Notes: generated by a model not told the origin, from the sequence alone. Positions 33,323-43,699 are shown, numbered from the stretch's first letter. The stretch: 64,000 bases of DNA from Candidatus Nomurabacteria bacterium RIFCSPLOWO2_01_FULL_41_18 (GCA_001785865.1 MFUZ01000006.1:242315-306314); one strand, 5' to 3'. Translations and numbers: made by a program.

Positions 33323-33925
33323 TTAAGGCAAGTGAAAATGTTTCCCTAATTTTTCATCTCTCAAAATGTTTTCTACGACCAAAATCTCAACACACTTCTC
33401 TACTCCAAAGAAATCAGCAATAAATATTATTTCGTCTTCGCATGGATAAGGATAAATCCAAGCGGATTTTTGAAATTGAAAAAAATTTAGTTCTTTCAAA
33501 TGAAAACGTAATGCTTCCCGTCCTTTTGTAAATCTCATAGGAATATCAAACATAACTAATCTCCATTTACCGTCCCATTTCTTAGGCTTGTTAATTTTCA
33601 TCAACTCAATATCAAAAACTTTTAATTTAGTATCACCTTTTTTTGTAATTTTTACTATTGTTTTCCCGTTCTTGTCAGAGACATATTCTATAAGATTTTG
33701 TTTACGAAGATGATTTATTGAATTTCTAATTTGTTCCTTACTGAGATGTTTAGAACTTTTAAATTGTCTGAAAACTTGTACTGCATTGCCCATAGCAGCC
33801 GCAATCAAAACAAGAGCTGGAATTGACGCAACAGCGATCACACACAAAACCACTTGAGCAATCTGGGCTTTTCTTGTCTTAGAATCCAAAAATTCTCTAA
33901 TTCTTGAGGAATATTTATTTTTCAT
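33323..33925 (-). CDS. PaaX-like / Cas2-like-domain DNA-binding protein
   Basis: wHTH-like segment then WDGKWRLVMFDIP...FQKSAWIYPYPC; start set at MKNKYSS. Confidence 0.8.
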   Translation of the reverse strand: MKNKYSSRIREFLDSKTRKAQIAQVVLCVIAVASIPALVLIAAAMGNAVQVFRQFKSSKHLSKEQIRNSINHLRKQNLIEYVSDKNGKTIVKITKKGDTKLKVFDIELMKINKPKKWDGKWRLVMFDIPMRFTKGREALRFHLKELNFFQFQKSAWIYPYPCEDEIIFIADFFGVEKCVEILVVENILRDEKLGKHFHLP

Positions 33926-33987
33926 ATTGTTTATAATTATAGCATATGCAGAATTTATCAACAGAAGATTTTAAAAGGTATAAAATA

Positions 33988-34839
33988 CTATACCAAAAAC
34001 TCTATCACATCCCCATCCTTGACAATATATTCTTTGCCCTCGGTGCGGACCCAGCCTTTCTCTCGCGCTTTTGCAAAACTCCCCGCTTCTACTAATTGTT
34101 CATAAGACACCACTTCTGCGCGAATAAACTTTTGTTGAAAATCAGTATGGATGGAACGACCTGCAAAAGGCGCAGTGGCTCCACGAAGCGTGGTCCATGC
34201 CCTTGATTCATCTTCGCCAGTTGTAAAAAAAGTTATTAAATTTAATAAATCATAACTAGCTTTAATTAGATTATCCAAACCCGTGCCAAAAATAGGATCA
34301 ACTTCTATGTGTGGTCCAGGAAGCTTCGCAACGAAATCTTTCCCGCCCGACTGAACGACATCAGTCGTTCGGGCGGGTTTTACATTTTCAGCTAAAGCTG
34401 AAGTATTTAAGACATATAACGTTGGTTTTTTAATTCCTCCTTGCTCCAATTCAAAATTGATAACTTCTATATCAAAAAGCGGATCAACTTTGTCGTGAAC
34501 ATGAATCATGTCTTTATCTTCAAAAATCCGCACCACCTCAATGATGGCATCCACTTCGCGAATATGCGAAAGAAATTTATTTCCAAGCCCTGCGCCCTCG
34601 CTCGCACCTTTTACAAGCCCTGCAATATCCACAAATTCAACTACAGCGGGTATAGTTTTCTTTGATTTAGATATAACGGAGAGTTTCATCAAGCGTTCGT
34701 CCGGCACAGGCACAATGCCCACCGATGGATCAATGGTGCAAAAAGGATAATTCTCCGCCGGGACATTTTTCTTTGTAAGAGCGTTAAAAAGCGTGGATTT
34801 GCCGACATTAGGAAGCCCTACAATTCCGATTTTAAGCAT
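33988..34839 (-). CDS. ychF: YchF/OLA1 ATPase (internally shortened)
   Basis: [50 protein letters not shown] domain [11 protein letters not shown]. Confidence 0.93.
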   Translation of the reverse strand: MLKIGIVGLPNVGKSTLFNALTKKNVPAENYPFCTIDPSVGIVPVPDERLMKLSVISKSKKTIPAVVEFVDIAGLVKGASEGAGLGNKFLSHIREVDAIIEVVRIFEDKDMIHVHDKVDPLFDIEVINFELEQGGIKKPTLYVLNTSALAENVKPARTTDVVQSGGKDFVAKLPGPHIEVDPIFGTGLDNLIKASYDLLNLITFFTTGEDESRAWTTLRGATAPFAGRSIHTDFQQKFIRAEVVSYEQLVEAGSFAKAREKGWVRTEGKEYIVKDGDVIEFLV

Positions 34840-34907
34840 TTAGAGAATATAGCAAAAAAACACCGCAATGTCATTCCTGTTTTGTGTTATTTATTTAAAC
34901 TTTTACA

Positions 34908-35480
34908 TTAAAGCGAACTTATTAACCATCCAAACACACTGAAGTCATCGTCGCGCTCAAGAATAAAGTTATTCACCTTGGCTCTTTGTTGCTCTAGGGC
35001 ATCTATTTGGCTATTGATTTGAGTTATCATACTATTATCGTTTGTTTTTAACATCAAAGCATTGAGAGTGCGACCTTGATCTTTCATTTGAACCAATTGA
35101 AATTTCAATACCCCTAAGTCATTACCTAAAAAGAATGTCTGCACCGCGCTTCTGCCTTCCAGGATAGTTATGACATGATCTGACTTTTCTATAGAATTGA
35201 TTTGTTGTTCGGTAATTGCTTCTAAACTTTTTATATTATCTTCGTCTATTGTGTATTCTTCTAATAAGAACGTGGTATCACTTCCTATCTTATAAAAGTC
35301 AACTTTATTCTCTAGCGCATTATACCTATAAATACTGTCGTACTCGGAAGTAACTTCATCTACCTCAAAAGCTTCCAATGTATAAGCAAAAAATACGATG
35401 GGTAAAATCATAAGTGACACTTTTATTGTTATTACTGGAGTTTTGGTCATACCTCTGATGCCGTCTTGGAAACCAGACAA
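34908..35480 (-). CDS. Hypothetical exported protein (start uncertain)
   Basis: Signal-like hydrophobic stretch, helical body, C-terminal FSVFGWL. Confidence 0.55.
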   Translation of the reverse strand: MSGFQDGIRGMTKTPVITIKVSLMILPIVFFAYTLEAFEVDEVTSEYDSIYRYNALENKVDFYKIGSDTTFLLEEYTIDEDNIKSLEAITEQQINSIEKSDHVITILEGRSAVQTFFLGNDLGVLKFQLVQMKDQGRTLNALMLKTNDNSMITQINSQIDALEQQRAKVNNFILERDDDFSVFGWLISSL

Positions 35481-35539
35481 TTACAACAAAACCATTTCTT
35501 GATTTTTCTTTTCCGACTCTTTAATGTGAAATTCTAACT

Positions 35540-36037
35540 TTACTGTTCGTGCATTGAACTTGGTCCAACTCTATTGGCATGCTGTGCCAGTGTTTCAGCG
35601 ACCACCACCATATCTGTGATGTCTTCCATAGACAGAAGAATAATAGACACAGAAGCACTAGAAGTAGCATCTTCGTTGAAGTGAATCTGCCGGGCGTTTA
35701 AAATCATCACTTTACGTCCAATAAAAGGAAAATTATGCGTAACTTCAAACCCTTTGAAAAAACTATGCTGAGGCAAGATATCTTCTAGAAGTTTTCGTAA
35801 CGCAGGAATGTCCCATTGACCATTGCCGAGTTTGTATACCGCCTGACCCTCTGTGTCTTTTGACTCAACCTGAAATACTTTATAGAAAGATTCATTAGCC
35901 GCCATAACACAAAGATCACGATCTAAAACTAAAATAGGTTCCCGCACCATATCTACGACAGTTTTGATATATGTCCAACTTTTTTCCCATATATGTTCTA
36001 CTAAATTTGCTCCACCTATTTTTCTATTAGTCTTCAT
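35540..36037 (-). CDS. Stand-alone PAS-domain protein
   Basis: EPILVLDRDLCVMAANESFY...LGNGQWDIPALRKLLEDILP, similar to CheB/CheR-associated PAS domains. Confidence 0.8.
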   Translation of the reverse strand: MKTNRKIGGANLVEHIWEKSWTYIKTVVDMVREPILVLDRDLCVMAANESFYKVFQVESKDTEGQAVYKLGNGQWDIPALRKLLEDILPQHSFFKGFEVTHNFPFIGRKVMILNARQIHFNEDATSSASVSIILLSMEDITDMVVVAETLAQHANRVGPSSMHEQ

Positions 36038-36082
36038 AGCACAGAAGCCGTTATGTATCTAAAATTATTACGGAAAAAAAAT

Positions 36083-36113
36083 AAAACCACTCCGCTTTTA
36101 GCGGAGTGGTTTT
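36083..36113. terminator. Intrinsic terminator
   Basis: AAAACCACTCCGCT-ttt-AGCGGAGTGGTTTT just after the 36135 ORF stop. Confidence 0.8.
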
Positions 36114-36134
36114 TACAACACATCATGTAAAACT

Positions 36135-36419
36135 TTATCCCATGTGTCCACTACCTAAAATCAAACTAGATTCTCGCTCAAACAAAGCATTCTCCTGTTC
36201 AATACATGCTGGACATTTGGTAAAGTGTACAGAAATATTTTCTTCGTTGTATTCGTTTAGATAATTAGGTTTTTTAAAATTCCAAGATTTTTTATAGTAA
36301 AAAGCATAACAATGCTCACACATAGACATAGTAAGAGTTTTGAATTTCTTATTTCTGGGAAACTCTTTTCTTTTACCATTAACCCAATCTTTTGCTAATG
36401 TTTTAAATCTTTTTAACAT
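36135..36419 (-). CDS. Small Zn-ribbon (two CxxC) hypothetical protein
   Basis: CEHC and CPAC pairs. Confidence 0.65.
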   Translation of the reverse strand: MLKRFKTLAKDWVNGKRKEFPRNKKFKTLTMSMCEHCYAFYYKKSWNFKKPNYLNEYNEENISVHFTKCPACIEQENALFERESSLILGSGHMG

Positions 36420-36624
36420 ATATTTTTATTTTTTACCCCGCCACAGCGGGGCAAGTTAATTTTTAATAATTGTTCGACATTAAGTTAATAATATTACGTA
36501 AATAATTTAATCTAATTTTAATATTATATTAATACGAAATCGATAAGTCAATATAAAAAATAGCCCTTTTGGGCATAAGTTGTTAATAAACTGTTTATAA
36601 TTTTAATGTTAACTTAACTTTATA

Positions 36625-37878
36625 TTATTTAGTAGGCTTTATCGGTAAAGTGACGCTAAAAATACTGCCTTTGCCTAGGACACTCTCTGCTTTTATTGTT
36701 CCGCCATGTATTTCTGTTGCCCATTTTGTTATAGCAAGCCCGAGCCCTGAATGACTTCCATTAGAGCTATGGGTATGGGCCTTATCACCCCTGTAAAAAC
36801 GATCAAATATTTTTGGTAAATCTTCTCTTGATATTCCCATGCCGTCATCAGCTATTTTTATTTTCACCATATTTTTTTGTGCGCTTAGGTCAATTAGAAT
36901 GTTTCCGTTTCTTTTACCGTAAGTTATGGAATTTTTTATGATATTAATGAATAACCTTTTTAAATATCTTTCTTCTCCGGCAATATGCAAATTTTTGACT
37001 TCATCCTTAATTTTTATCTTTATATTTTTTTCCAACGCCACTATTCTCAATCTTTTTACTAGGTCTTTAATTAATTTGATTAAATCTACAGGAGAAGAGT
37101 TTATAGTATTTTTTACACTTTGGCTGGAAGAAAGTGGGGAGGTAAGCAAAGCCAAGTTTGTAAAGATATTTGATAGGCTAGTTATTTCAATGTTTATTTT
37201 TTTTAAAGTTTCACGAACAGATTTTAAATTGTTTTTATTCATTAACGCTAGGTCTATATTGCCTCTCATGATGGCGAGCGGAGTCCGGAGCTCATGCGTT
37301 GCATTTGCAATAAATTCTGTTTTTAACTTTTCTTGTGATAAAAGAACTTCTGTAACTTTTTGTTTTTCAGCCATACTGAGGGACTTTTGTTCTTTTTCTA
37401 TGAGCCAATTAGTATTCACAGCTCGAGATGCCATAATTTCTATTGTCTCTGCCAATACAAATTCCTCCTCCGTAAAGTCGTGTCGATTCTTGTAACACAA
37501 CACAATACTACCAAATATGTGTTCACCATAGCGAATAGGAATAATCATGTAACTCTTGAAATCATTCGAGATATGGGATTCATAATTTTCGCTTTTTACG
37601 TTTGGGTCGAATAGTATGTTTCCCTTTTTTTCTGCTATATGATGGCCTGTTTTATTTTTTGGGATGATTGGATCAAAATGAATATTTTTGCTTTTATATA
37701 TAGTTTCAAATCTGTCATTAGTAGGGGATTTTTCTAAAGCAAAACTGAAATCCGCATTTAAAATTTTCTCACTTTCCTCCGTAAATTTTTTAATAACTGA
37801 TGCATTATTTTCATCTCTCATTAAATGCATACTAACATCATTTAATGTGACGATTTTTTTTAAAATTAGTTTTTCCAT
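36625..37878 (-). CDS. GAF-domain sensor histidine kinase
   Basis: HELRTPL, NIIKNSITY, DDGMGI, FDRFYR, GLGLAI; N-terminal GAF-like region. Confidence 0.92.
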   Translation of the reverse strand: MEKLILKKIVTLNDVSMHLMRDENNASVIKKFTEESEKILNADFSFALEKSPTNDRFETIYKSKNIHFDPIIPKNKTGHHIAEKKGNILFDPNVKSENYESHISNDFKSYMIIPIRYGEHIFGSIVLCYKNRHDFTEEEFVLAETIEIMASRAVNTNWLIEKEQKSLSMAEKQKVTEVLLSQEKLKTEFIANATHELRTPLAIMRGNIDLALMNKNNLKSVRETLKKINIEITSLSNIFTNLALLTSPLSSSQSVKNTINSSPVDLIKLIKDLVKRLRIVALEKNIKIKIKDEVKNLHIAGEERYLKRLFINIIKNSITYGKRNGNILIDLSAQKNMVKIKIADDGMGISREDLPKIFDRFYRGDKAHTHSSNGSHSGLGLAITKWATEIHGGTIKAESVLGKGSIFSVTLPIKPTK

Positions 37879-38441
37879 GCACTTAGATATTTTAAAATAT
37901 CGGGAATTTCTTTTTCAAGTATATGATTTTTGATCATTTGTTTATATTCTTTTGGAAGATTAAGTAGAAAGTTATAGGATAATTTTTGGAAACCACCACC
38001 TGGTATACCATCTTCTTTTTTAAGCATCTCTTCATTGATGGGTTTTTTAAGAACGTATACTGAGCGAATAAAGTTGTTAATCGTACCTCCAAAGTCGTCT
38101 TGTGTGTGATGTAAGACTTTAAGTTTTTTTATAAATATTAAGTCAGAAGGTGTGACGGAAATACCTGTTTCTTCTTTGGTTTCTCGAACTGCTGCATCTA
38201 AATATTCTTCACCTTTATTTGGATGTCCAGCAATAGTAGCGTCTAAAAGGCCAGCTGATTTTTTATGCAAACCCATTTTCTGAAAGAAAATATTTTTATT
38301 TTTGTCAAAAATCCACACCTGTATTTCGCGATGAAGCAATCCAAGACGATGTATATCGATTCTGGACTTAGAATCAACGATCTTGTCATTTTTATCTATG
38401 ACGTCCAATATTCTTTTATTTTCGTAATTTAAATTAGTCAT
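37866..38441 (-). CDS. NUDIX hydrolase (IDI-like)
   Basis: IHRLGLLHRE, AGHPNKGEEYLDAAVRETKEETGI Nudix box. Confidence 0.85.
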   Translation of the reverse strand: MTNLNYENKRILDVIDKNDKIVDSKSRIDIHRLGLLHREIQVWIFDKNKNIFFQKMGLHKKSAGLLDATIAGHPNKGEEYLDAAVRETKEETGISVTPSDLIFIKKLKVLHHTQDDFGGTINNFIRSVYVLKKPINEEMLKKEDGIPGGGFQKLSYNFLLNLPKEYKQMIKNHILEKEIPDILKYLSAWKN

Positions 38442-38519
38442 AATCCTTTGGTTTTCGCTCTTTTGAGCTCATCAGTCAGGACATACATCCTGATAACTTT
38501 GACCCACAACCCTGTGATA

Positions 38520-39173
38520 TCAAAGTGTGTGTGGGTCGGAATTTGGCGTAGGTTTTTCAGGCAAACCCACTATTCTTGCGATCTGTCTCGCGCATTGCTC
38601 AGGTGTGCCGTCGTTGTAAATTACAACGTCGTAATACTTTTCAACCCCGAGCTGTTCATATCTTTTTATTTTTTCAAGTTTGCGCGTAGGATCAATCCCA
38701 TGCATCAGGCAACGTTCTGTGAGCCTTGCCTTCAAGGTTTCCAAAGAACGGGAAGAGATGAACACCAGCTTCATCTTTGGGAATTTACGACGATGATTTA
38801 AACCACCCCTTCCAAACAAGCATACAACTAAGTCTGTGCCTTTTGGTGTTGGAAGCCAGATTTTTCTTTTCAAAATGGCCGTGCGGTACGTTTTTCCGTT
38901 CACCTCCACCTGCCGAATTGTTCCGGGGATGAAAAATTTATCATCCCATAGTATTTGGAACTGTTCTTCTGTCACGAACCGGTACTCTTTTTCGGATTCC
39001 TCTCCCGGACGTTTTGGTCGAGTGTAGTATCTCGGTATCACATGAATCTTGTATCCAAGATGTTCCAAAGCTCGTAATACTGTCGTTTTCCCAGCACCTG
39101 GGGGACCATTGATGCCGACATGGGTAATTGGTTTTTTCATTTTTCCTTTATTAAATTGTTTAAGATCTTTCAA
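38520..39173 (-). CDS. Guanylate kinase-like P-loop kinase
   Basis: GPPGAGKTT, YTRPKRPGE, EYRFVTEEQF, YDVVIYND. Confidence 0.7.
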   Translation of the reverse strand: MKDLKQFNKGKMKKPITHVGINGPPGAGKTTVLRALEHLGYKIHVIPRYYTRPKRPGEESEKEYRFVTEEQFQILWDDKFFIPGTIRQVEVNGKTYRTAILKRKIWLPTPKGTDLVVCLFGRGGLNHRRKFPKMKLVFISSRSLETLKARLTERCLMHGIDPTRKLEKIKRYEQLGVEKYYDVVIYNDGTPEQCARQIARIVGLPEKPTPNSDPHTL

Positions 39174-39239
39174 GATCTAGTTGCTATGTGTTTCTCTCAT
39201 TATATAACACAAACTAGTTTTACGCAAGTCCTTTACAGC

Positions 39240-39908
39240 TTATTCTTTCAACACAAAACCAACTCCTCGTACAGTGTGTATTAAGGGTTTTTTATCTCTA
39301 TTTTCTATTTTTGTGCGTAAGTACTTTATATGAACATTTAATTCATTGTTCGTTTCTTTAAATTCAGGCCCCCAAGCATGGTCTATAAGTTGGCGTCTTT
39401 TTATAGCTTCTCCGGGACGAGTAATCAAAAAATCTAAAAGTTTATATTCTTTTGGTGTTAATTTTATTATTCTTCCTCCGCGAGTAACCTCATGCTTTTT
39501 TTTATCCATGATAAGATCCCCGACTTTATTAATATCTCCGTCTGTGGTTTTCCTGCGACGTAGTACTGTGCGGATTCTGGCAAAAAGTTCCTGAGTGCTA
39601 AATGGTTTTACCATATAATCATCTGCACCAATATTTAAGCCATTGACTCTGTCTTCTAGTGTACCTCGAGCAGTGAGCATAATAATAGGTGTATGGATTT
39701 GATGGTCTCTTAATTCTTTACAAACAGCAAAGCCATCTTTTTTGGGAATCATTATATCAAGCAAAATCATACTGTAATTGTTCTTCATAGCTTTTCGAGA
39801 TGCCTCTTCTCCATCAAAAGCTGTATCTACAGAATAACGCTCACTTTTGAGAGCGCTATTCAATATATTTGATAGTTTTTTTTCGTCTTCAACAACTAAT
39901 ATTGACAT
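39240..39908 (-). CDS. OmpR-family response regulator
   Basis: ILVVEDE, LLDIMIP, MLTAR, GADDYMVKPF, IHTVRGVGF. Confidence 0.95.
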   Translation of the reverse strand: MSILVVEDEKKLSNILNSALKSERYSVDTAFDGEEASRKAMKNNYSMILLDIMIPKKDGFAVCKELRDHQIHTPIIMLTARGTLEDRVNGLNIGADDYMVKPFSTQELFARIRTVLRRRKTTDGDINKVGDLIMDKKKHEVTRGGRIIKLTPKEYKLLDFLITRPGEAIKRRQLIDHAWGPEFKETNNELNVHIKYLRTKIENRDKKPLIHTVRGVGFVLKE

Positions 39909-40080
39909 GACTCCAGTATATAACTATTGATTAGGATTTGCAAGGATTATTATTAATAATATATTAAAGTAGTTAGTTAAATTTAGATTAAAGTTATCCA
40001 CAGAATCCACATATTTCTCAGTTCGCTGTGTTGACTCCTAAATTGCGATAAGATATAGTGTTAAAATAACATTAAATTTT

Positions 40081-40590
40081 ATGACAACACTCGAAAAGAC
40101 AAGATTAGAATCAATCCTTACCTTAGCTCATCATGACTATGAGAAAGGACTAAATTCTCGTGCATTCTTCAAAGTTAGCAATCGCGAGTTGGGAGAAGAC
40201 TTGGTCCAGCAAACATTTATGAAAACTTGGATTTATCTCGTAAAGGGAGGAAAAATAGAAATGATGAAATCTTTTCTCTATCATATTTTAAATAACCTTA
40301 TTGTCGACGAATACCGTAAACACAAAACAACTTCTCTCGAGACTCTAATGGAAAAAGGCTATGAGCCTAGCACAACAGATGCAATTAATTTAATGACTAT
40401 TTTAGACGGCAAAGCTGCATTTCTTTTAATAGAACGTCTCCCAGAAATGTATCGGAGAGTAATGAGAATGAAATATGTGCAAGATTTATCTTTAGGAGAA
40501 ATGTCTGTTCTCACCGGACTATCGAAAAACACCATCGCAGTACAACTCCATCGCGGATTGGAAAAAATAAAACTTTTATATAAATACTGA
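40081..40590 (+). CDS. ECF RNA polymerase sigma factor
   Basis: EDLVQQTFMKTW, FLYHILNNLIVDEYRK, region-4 HTH. Confidence 0.9.
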   Translation: MTTLEKTRLESILTLAHHDYEKGLNSRAFFKVSNRELGEDLVQQTFMKTWIYLVKGGKIEMMKSFLYHILNNLIVDEYRKHKTTSLETLMEKGYEPSTTDAINLMTILDGKAAFLLIERLPEMYRRVMRMKYVQDLSLGEMSVLTGLSKNTIAVQLHRGLEKIKLLYKY

Positions 40591-40606
40591 AATTATTTAA
40601 TCAAAG

Positions 40607-41443
40607 TTAACTAGGAAGCTGTGCATCGTCATCTAGAATCTCAAAATCATCCCCTTCTATCTTTGGAATTCTCCGCTCCCGCACCAGATACACCGCCCCT
40701 CCGCCAAGCGCAATCAAAATGAATAAACTTATCAGAGAAATAGCGTACTTTTTCTGTTTCGGCTGGACTTGGTCTTGAGTTTCCAATGCAGAAGCTTTCA
40801 TTGCATTCGGAGTGAAAATATCTTCTGCGACAGCAGTTTTTGGAACGGTATTTTGAGGCGGATTAGCTATTTTCTCCAACACTGGAAGTTTTTTAACGGT
40901 AGAAGCTGGCGCAGGTCTTACCGACGGAATGTAAGGAATATACATCTTATTGGCTCCACCCAGCGTAGGCTCGCTCTCTTTCCATTCTCCCCCTATCTTT
41001 GATATTGTCCTCCCATTACCACTTCCGCCCATTCTGCTCGCATAGACCACTTGGTCGACCGTCGAGAGATCCTTGTCTTTGAGCGCGATAGACTCCCCAG
41101 CATTTGAAAATGTAAAACTGGAATCGAAAATATTTCCTCCAAAACTCGGATAATTCTCTTTGAATTTCTCCGGATTGGAAACTATGAGCGCATACCCTCC
41201 CGCCCCCAAGTCTGGCGACCCTTGCGCCAGGATTAATTTATGGTTGACGCCTCCTTCAAAAAATTTGTATAGGGTGAGATCGATGTTATTTGGTCCAGAA
41301 TTGTAAATCTCGACCCATTCCTTGCCTTCATCGGAACCTTCCTGGTCGTACATTATCTCATTTATTATCAGACTGGATTCCGCCATTGTGTAGTTTGAAA
41401 AAAAGACACTAACTAGAACAACTAGAATCAGTTTTTTCTTCAT
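40607..41443 (-). CDS. Lamin-tail-domain surface protein
   Basis: Signal peptide, INEIMYD...EWVEIYN, C-terminal TM. Confidence 0.8.
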   Translation of the reverse strand: MKKKLILVVLVSVFFSNYTMAESSLIINEIMYDQEGSDEGKEWVEIYNSGPNNIDLTLYKFFEGGVNHKLILAQGSPDLGAGGYALIVSNPEKFKENYPSFGGNIFDSSFTFSNAGESIALKDKDLSTVDQVVYASRMGGSGNGRTISKIGGEWKESEPTLGGANKMYIPYIPSVRPAPASTVKKLPVLEKIANPPQNTVPKTAVAEDIFTPNAMKASALETQDQVQPKQKKYAISLISLFILIALGGGAVYLVRERRIPKIEGDDFEILDDDAQLPS

Positions 41444-41457
41444 GCTATAATATTAGC

Positions 41458-42453
41458 ATGGATAATAATTATGACCTCATTGCAATAGGAGAAACCACGA
41501 TAGACGCGTTTATTCGTATCAAAGATGCCCACGTAAACTGTAATCTCAACAAAGAAAATTGCGAGATCTGTTTGGCTTTTGGAGCAAAAATTCCATACGA
41601 ATCTGTCACCGAAGTTCCTGCTGTTGGAAATGCGGCAAATGCCGCCGTATCAACCGCACGCCTTGGACTCAAATCTGCGCTGGTAGCGAATATTGGAAAA
41701 GACAGAAACGGTGATTTATGTGTTGATTCTCTAAAGAAAGACAAGGTTTCTACAGAGTTCATATCCGTAAACATAGACAGAGATACAAATTATCACTACA
41801 TTTTATGGTTTGAGGACGAAAGAACTATATTACAAAAACATTCCGACTTTCCATATAAACTGCCAAATCTAGGTAGTCCAAAATGGATATATTTGACATC
41901 ACTTGGAGAAAAATCTATGCCCTATCATGAGGATATAATAAAATATCTAAAAAATAATCCAGAAATAAAATTGGCTTTTCAACCGGGAATTTTTCAGATT
42001 AAAATAGGTTACGAAAAGTTGAAGGATATTTATAAAAGAAGCGAGATTTTCTTCTGCAACATAGAAGAAGCCAAAACAATCTTAAATATAGAAAATCATG
42101 ATGAAGTAAAAGATTTACTTGAAAAAATGCATAAGCTAGGACCAAAAATAGTAGTACTTACAGATGGGCCAAAAGGAGCTTACGCATATGACGGCAAAAA
42201 TTATTTATCCATGCCTATATATCCAGACTCAAAGCCTCCATTTGAACGCACCGGCGCCGGAGATGCATTTTCTTCTACTGTAGTTGCAGCACTCGCACTC
42301 GGCAAAACTCTCCCTGAAGCACTCTCTTGGGGTCCAATAAATTCAATGTCTGTAGTTCAAGATGTCGGCGCGCAAAAAGGACTCCTCACTCGGGAAAAAC
42401 TAGAAGAATATTTAAAAAACGCCCCAGAAGATTACAAGGTCAAAAAAATATAA
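41458..42453 (+). CDS. PfkB-family carbohydrate kinase
   Basis: GNAANAAVSTARLG, VLTDGPKGA, RTGAGDAF. Confidence 0.9.
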   Translation: MDNNYDLIAIGETTIDAFIRIKDAHVNCNLNKENCEICLAFGAKIPYESVTEVPAVGNAANAAVSTARLGLKSALVANIGKDRNGDLCVDSLKKDKVSTEFISVNIDRDTNYHYILWFEDERTILQKHSDFPYKLPNLGSPKWIYLTSLGEKSMPYHEDIIKYLKNNPEIKLAFQPGIFQIKIGYEKLKDIYKRSEIFFCNIEEAKTILNIENHDEVKDLLEKMHKLGPKIVVLTDGPKGAYAYDGKNYLSMPIYPDSKPPFERTGAGDAFSSTVVAALALGKTLPEALSWGPINSMSVVQDVGAQKGLLTREKLEEYLKNAPEDYKVKKI

Positions 42454-42704
42454 TGAACCCTGATCATTTCTGGAAACAAAATAAGGACCCAATTCCAACT
42501 CCTGCTAAAACAATTGAGGAATTAGAAAAAGAATTATATGAAAAACGAAAAGCACTTATGAAGTTGTATGAAGATGGAAAAGTAGAAAATGATGAAGTGG
42601 GCATGGAAGAAGCAGATTTAAGAATACAAATTGAAAAACTAGATAGAGCACTCTTGCAAGAAATAAAACGAGCTCAAAACGAAGCAGAATCTTACGGAAA
42701 TTAG
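42453..42704 (+). CDS. Small acidic hypothetical protein
   Basis: ATG overlaps the pfkB stop (TAATG); helical, E/K-rich. Confidence 0.55.
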   Translation: MNPDHFWKQNKDPIPTPAKTIEELEKELYEKRKALMKLYEDGKVENDEVGMEEADLRIQIEKLDRALLQEIKRAQNEAESYGN

Positions 42705-43699
42705 GATCTTTTTTTTGAAATTTTCTTCACAGCTTCTTTTATAGATTTTACACCCATGCCATAGTGCTCTACGAGCTCGTCTGGAGTACCGCTCTGGCCA
42801 AATTTGTCTTGCACTCCAACGAATTCTATTGGTACGGGACAATTTTTCGCCAAAACTTCTGCAACAGCCGAACCCATTCCTCCTGCAACCTGATGTTCCT
42901 CAACTGTTACTATTCTTTTGGTTTCTTTTGCTAAAGCCACAATAGCATTTTCATCAATCGGCTTGATGCTAGAGATGTTCATCACTTTTGTTTTTATTCC
43001 TTCTACTTCCAATTCTTTGGCCGCGACCAACGCACGATATATAATTCCCCCTGTGACAATTATCCCCACTTCTGCGAGCCCCACATCCGGCATCCAATAC
43101 ATTTCCGCCTTGCCTAAGTCGAAAGGAGTTTCTTCTGTGGTAATGATCTGCGTTTTTTCGCGCGCGAGCCGAAGATATGCCGGCCTTTCGCTCTTTGCCA
43201 AAGCGACCGTCGCTTTCTTGGCCTCGATCGCATCACAAGGAGAAACCACATCCATGTTTGGCATGACTCGCATCAAGGCTATGTCCTCGAGCGCCTGATG
43301 AGTACCACCGTCCGGACCGACAGAAATACCAGCATGTGAGCCCACTATCACCACCTTGCGATCATTGTAAGCAATAGTCGTCCTGATCTGTTCCCAATTC
43401 CTCCCTGGAGAAAACATCGCGTACGAGGAACAAAAAGGAATTTTTCTCATCGCCGACATACCAGAAGCAACAGTGACTAAATTTTGTTCTGCTACACCAA
43501 CTTCTACAAATCTATCTCCAAACTTTTCTTTGAATTTATCCATCTGCGTAGACTCGGTCAGATCTGCGCAAAGAGCTACGACATTCTTGTCCGCCTCGCC
43601 CGCCAAGACTAGCCCCTGTCCGAAACCTTTTCGGATCGGCACCTGCTCGACATCAGTATTAAACAATTTAGGATTAAGTTTTAATTTAGGGTTGAGCAT
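42701..43699 (-). CDS. Transketolase, C-terminal subunit
   Basis: VGVAEQN, GPDGGTHQALED, YLRLAR, TVEEHQ..GGMG. Confidence 0.93.
   Translation of the reverse strand: MLNPKLKLNPKLFNTDVEQVPIRKGFGQGLVLAGEADKNVVALCADLTESTQMDKFKEKFGDRFVEVGVAEQNLVTVASGMSAMRKIPFCSSYAMFSPGRNWEQIRTTIAYNDRKVVIVGSHAGISVGPDGGTHQALEDIALMRVMPNMDVVSPCDAIEAKKATVALAKSERPAYLRLAREKTQIITTEETPFDLGKAEMYWMPDVGLAEVGIIVTGGIIYRALVAAKELEVEGIKTKVMNISSIKPIDENAIVALAKETKRIVTVEEHQVAGGMGSAVAEVLAKNCPVPIEFVGVQDKFGQSGTPDELVEHYGMGVKSIKEAVKKISKKRS

Noticed and set aside
33280-33963. CRISPR-Cas locus suggested by the Cas2-like domain and repeats
   Set aside because: There is no repeat-spacer array, only one palindrome and one partial copy, and no other cas genes.
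35446-35480. Possible degenerate GTCAT..CC REP-like hairpin near the start of the 34908 ORF
   Set aside because: It is too degenerate to support, with only a weak partial match near 34870.
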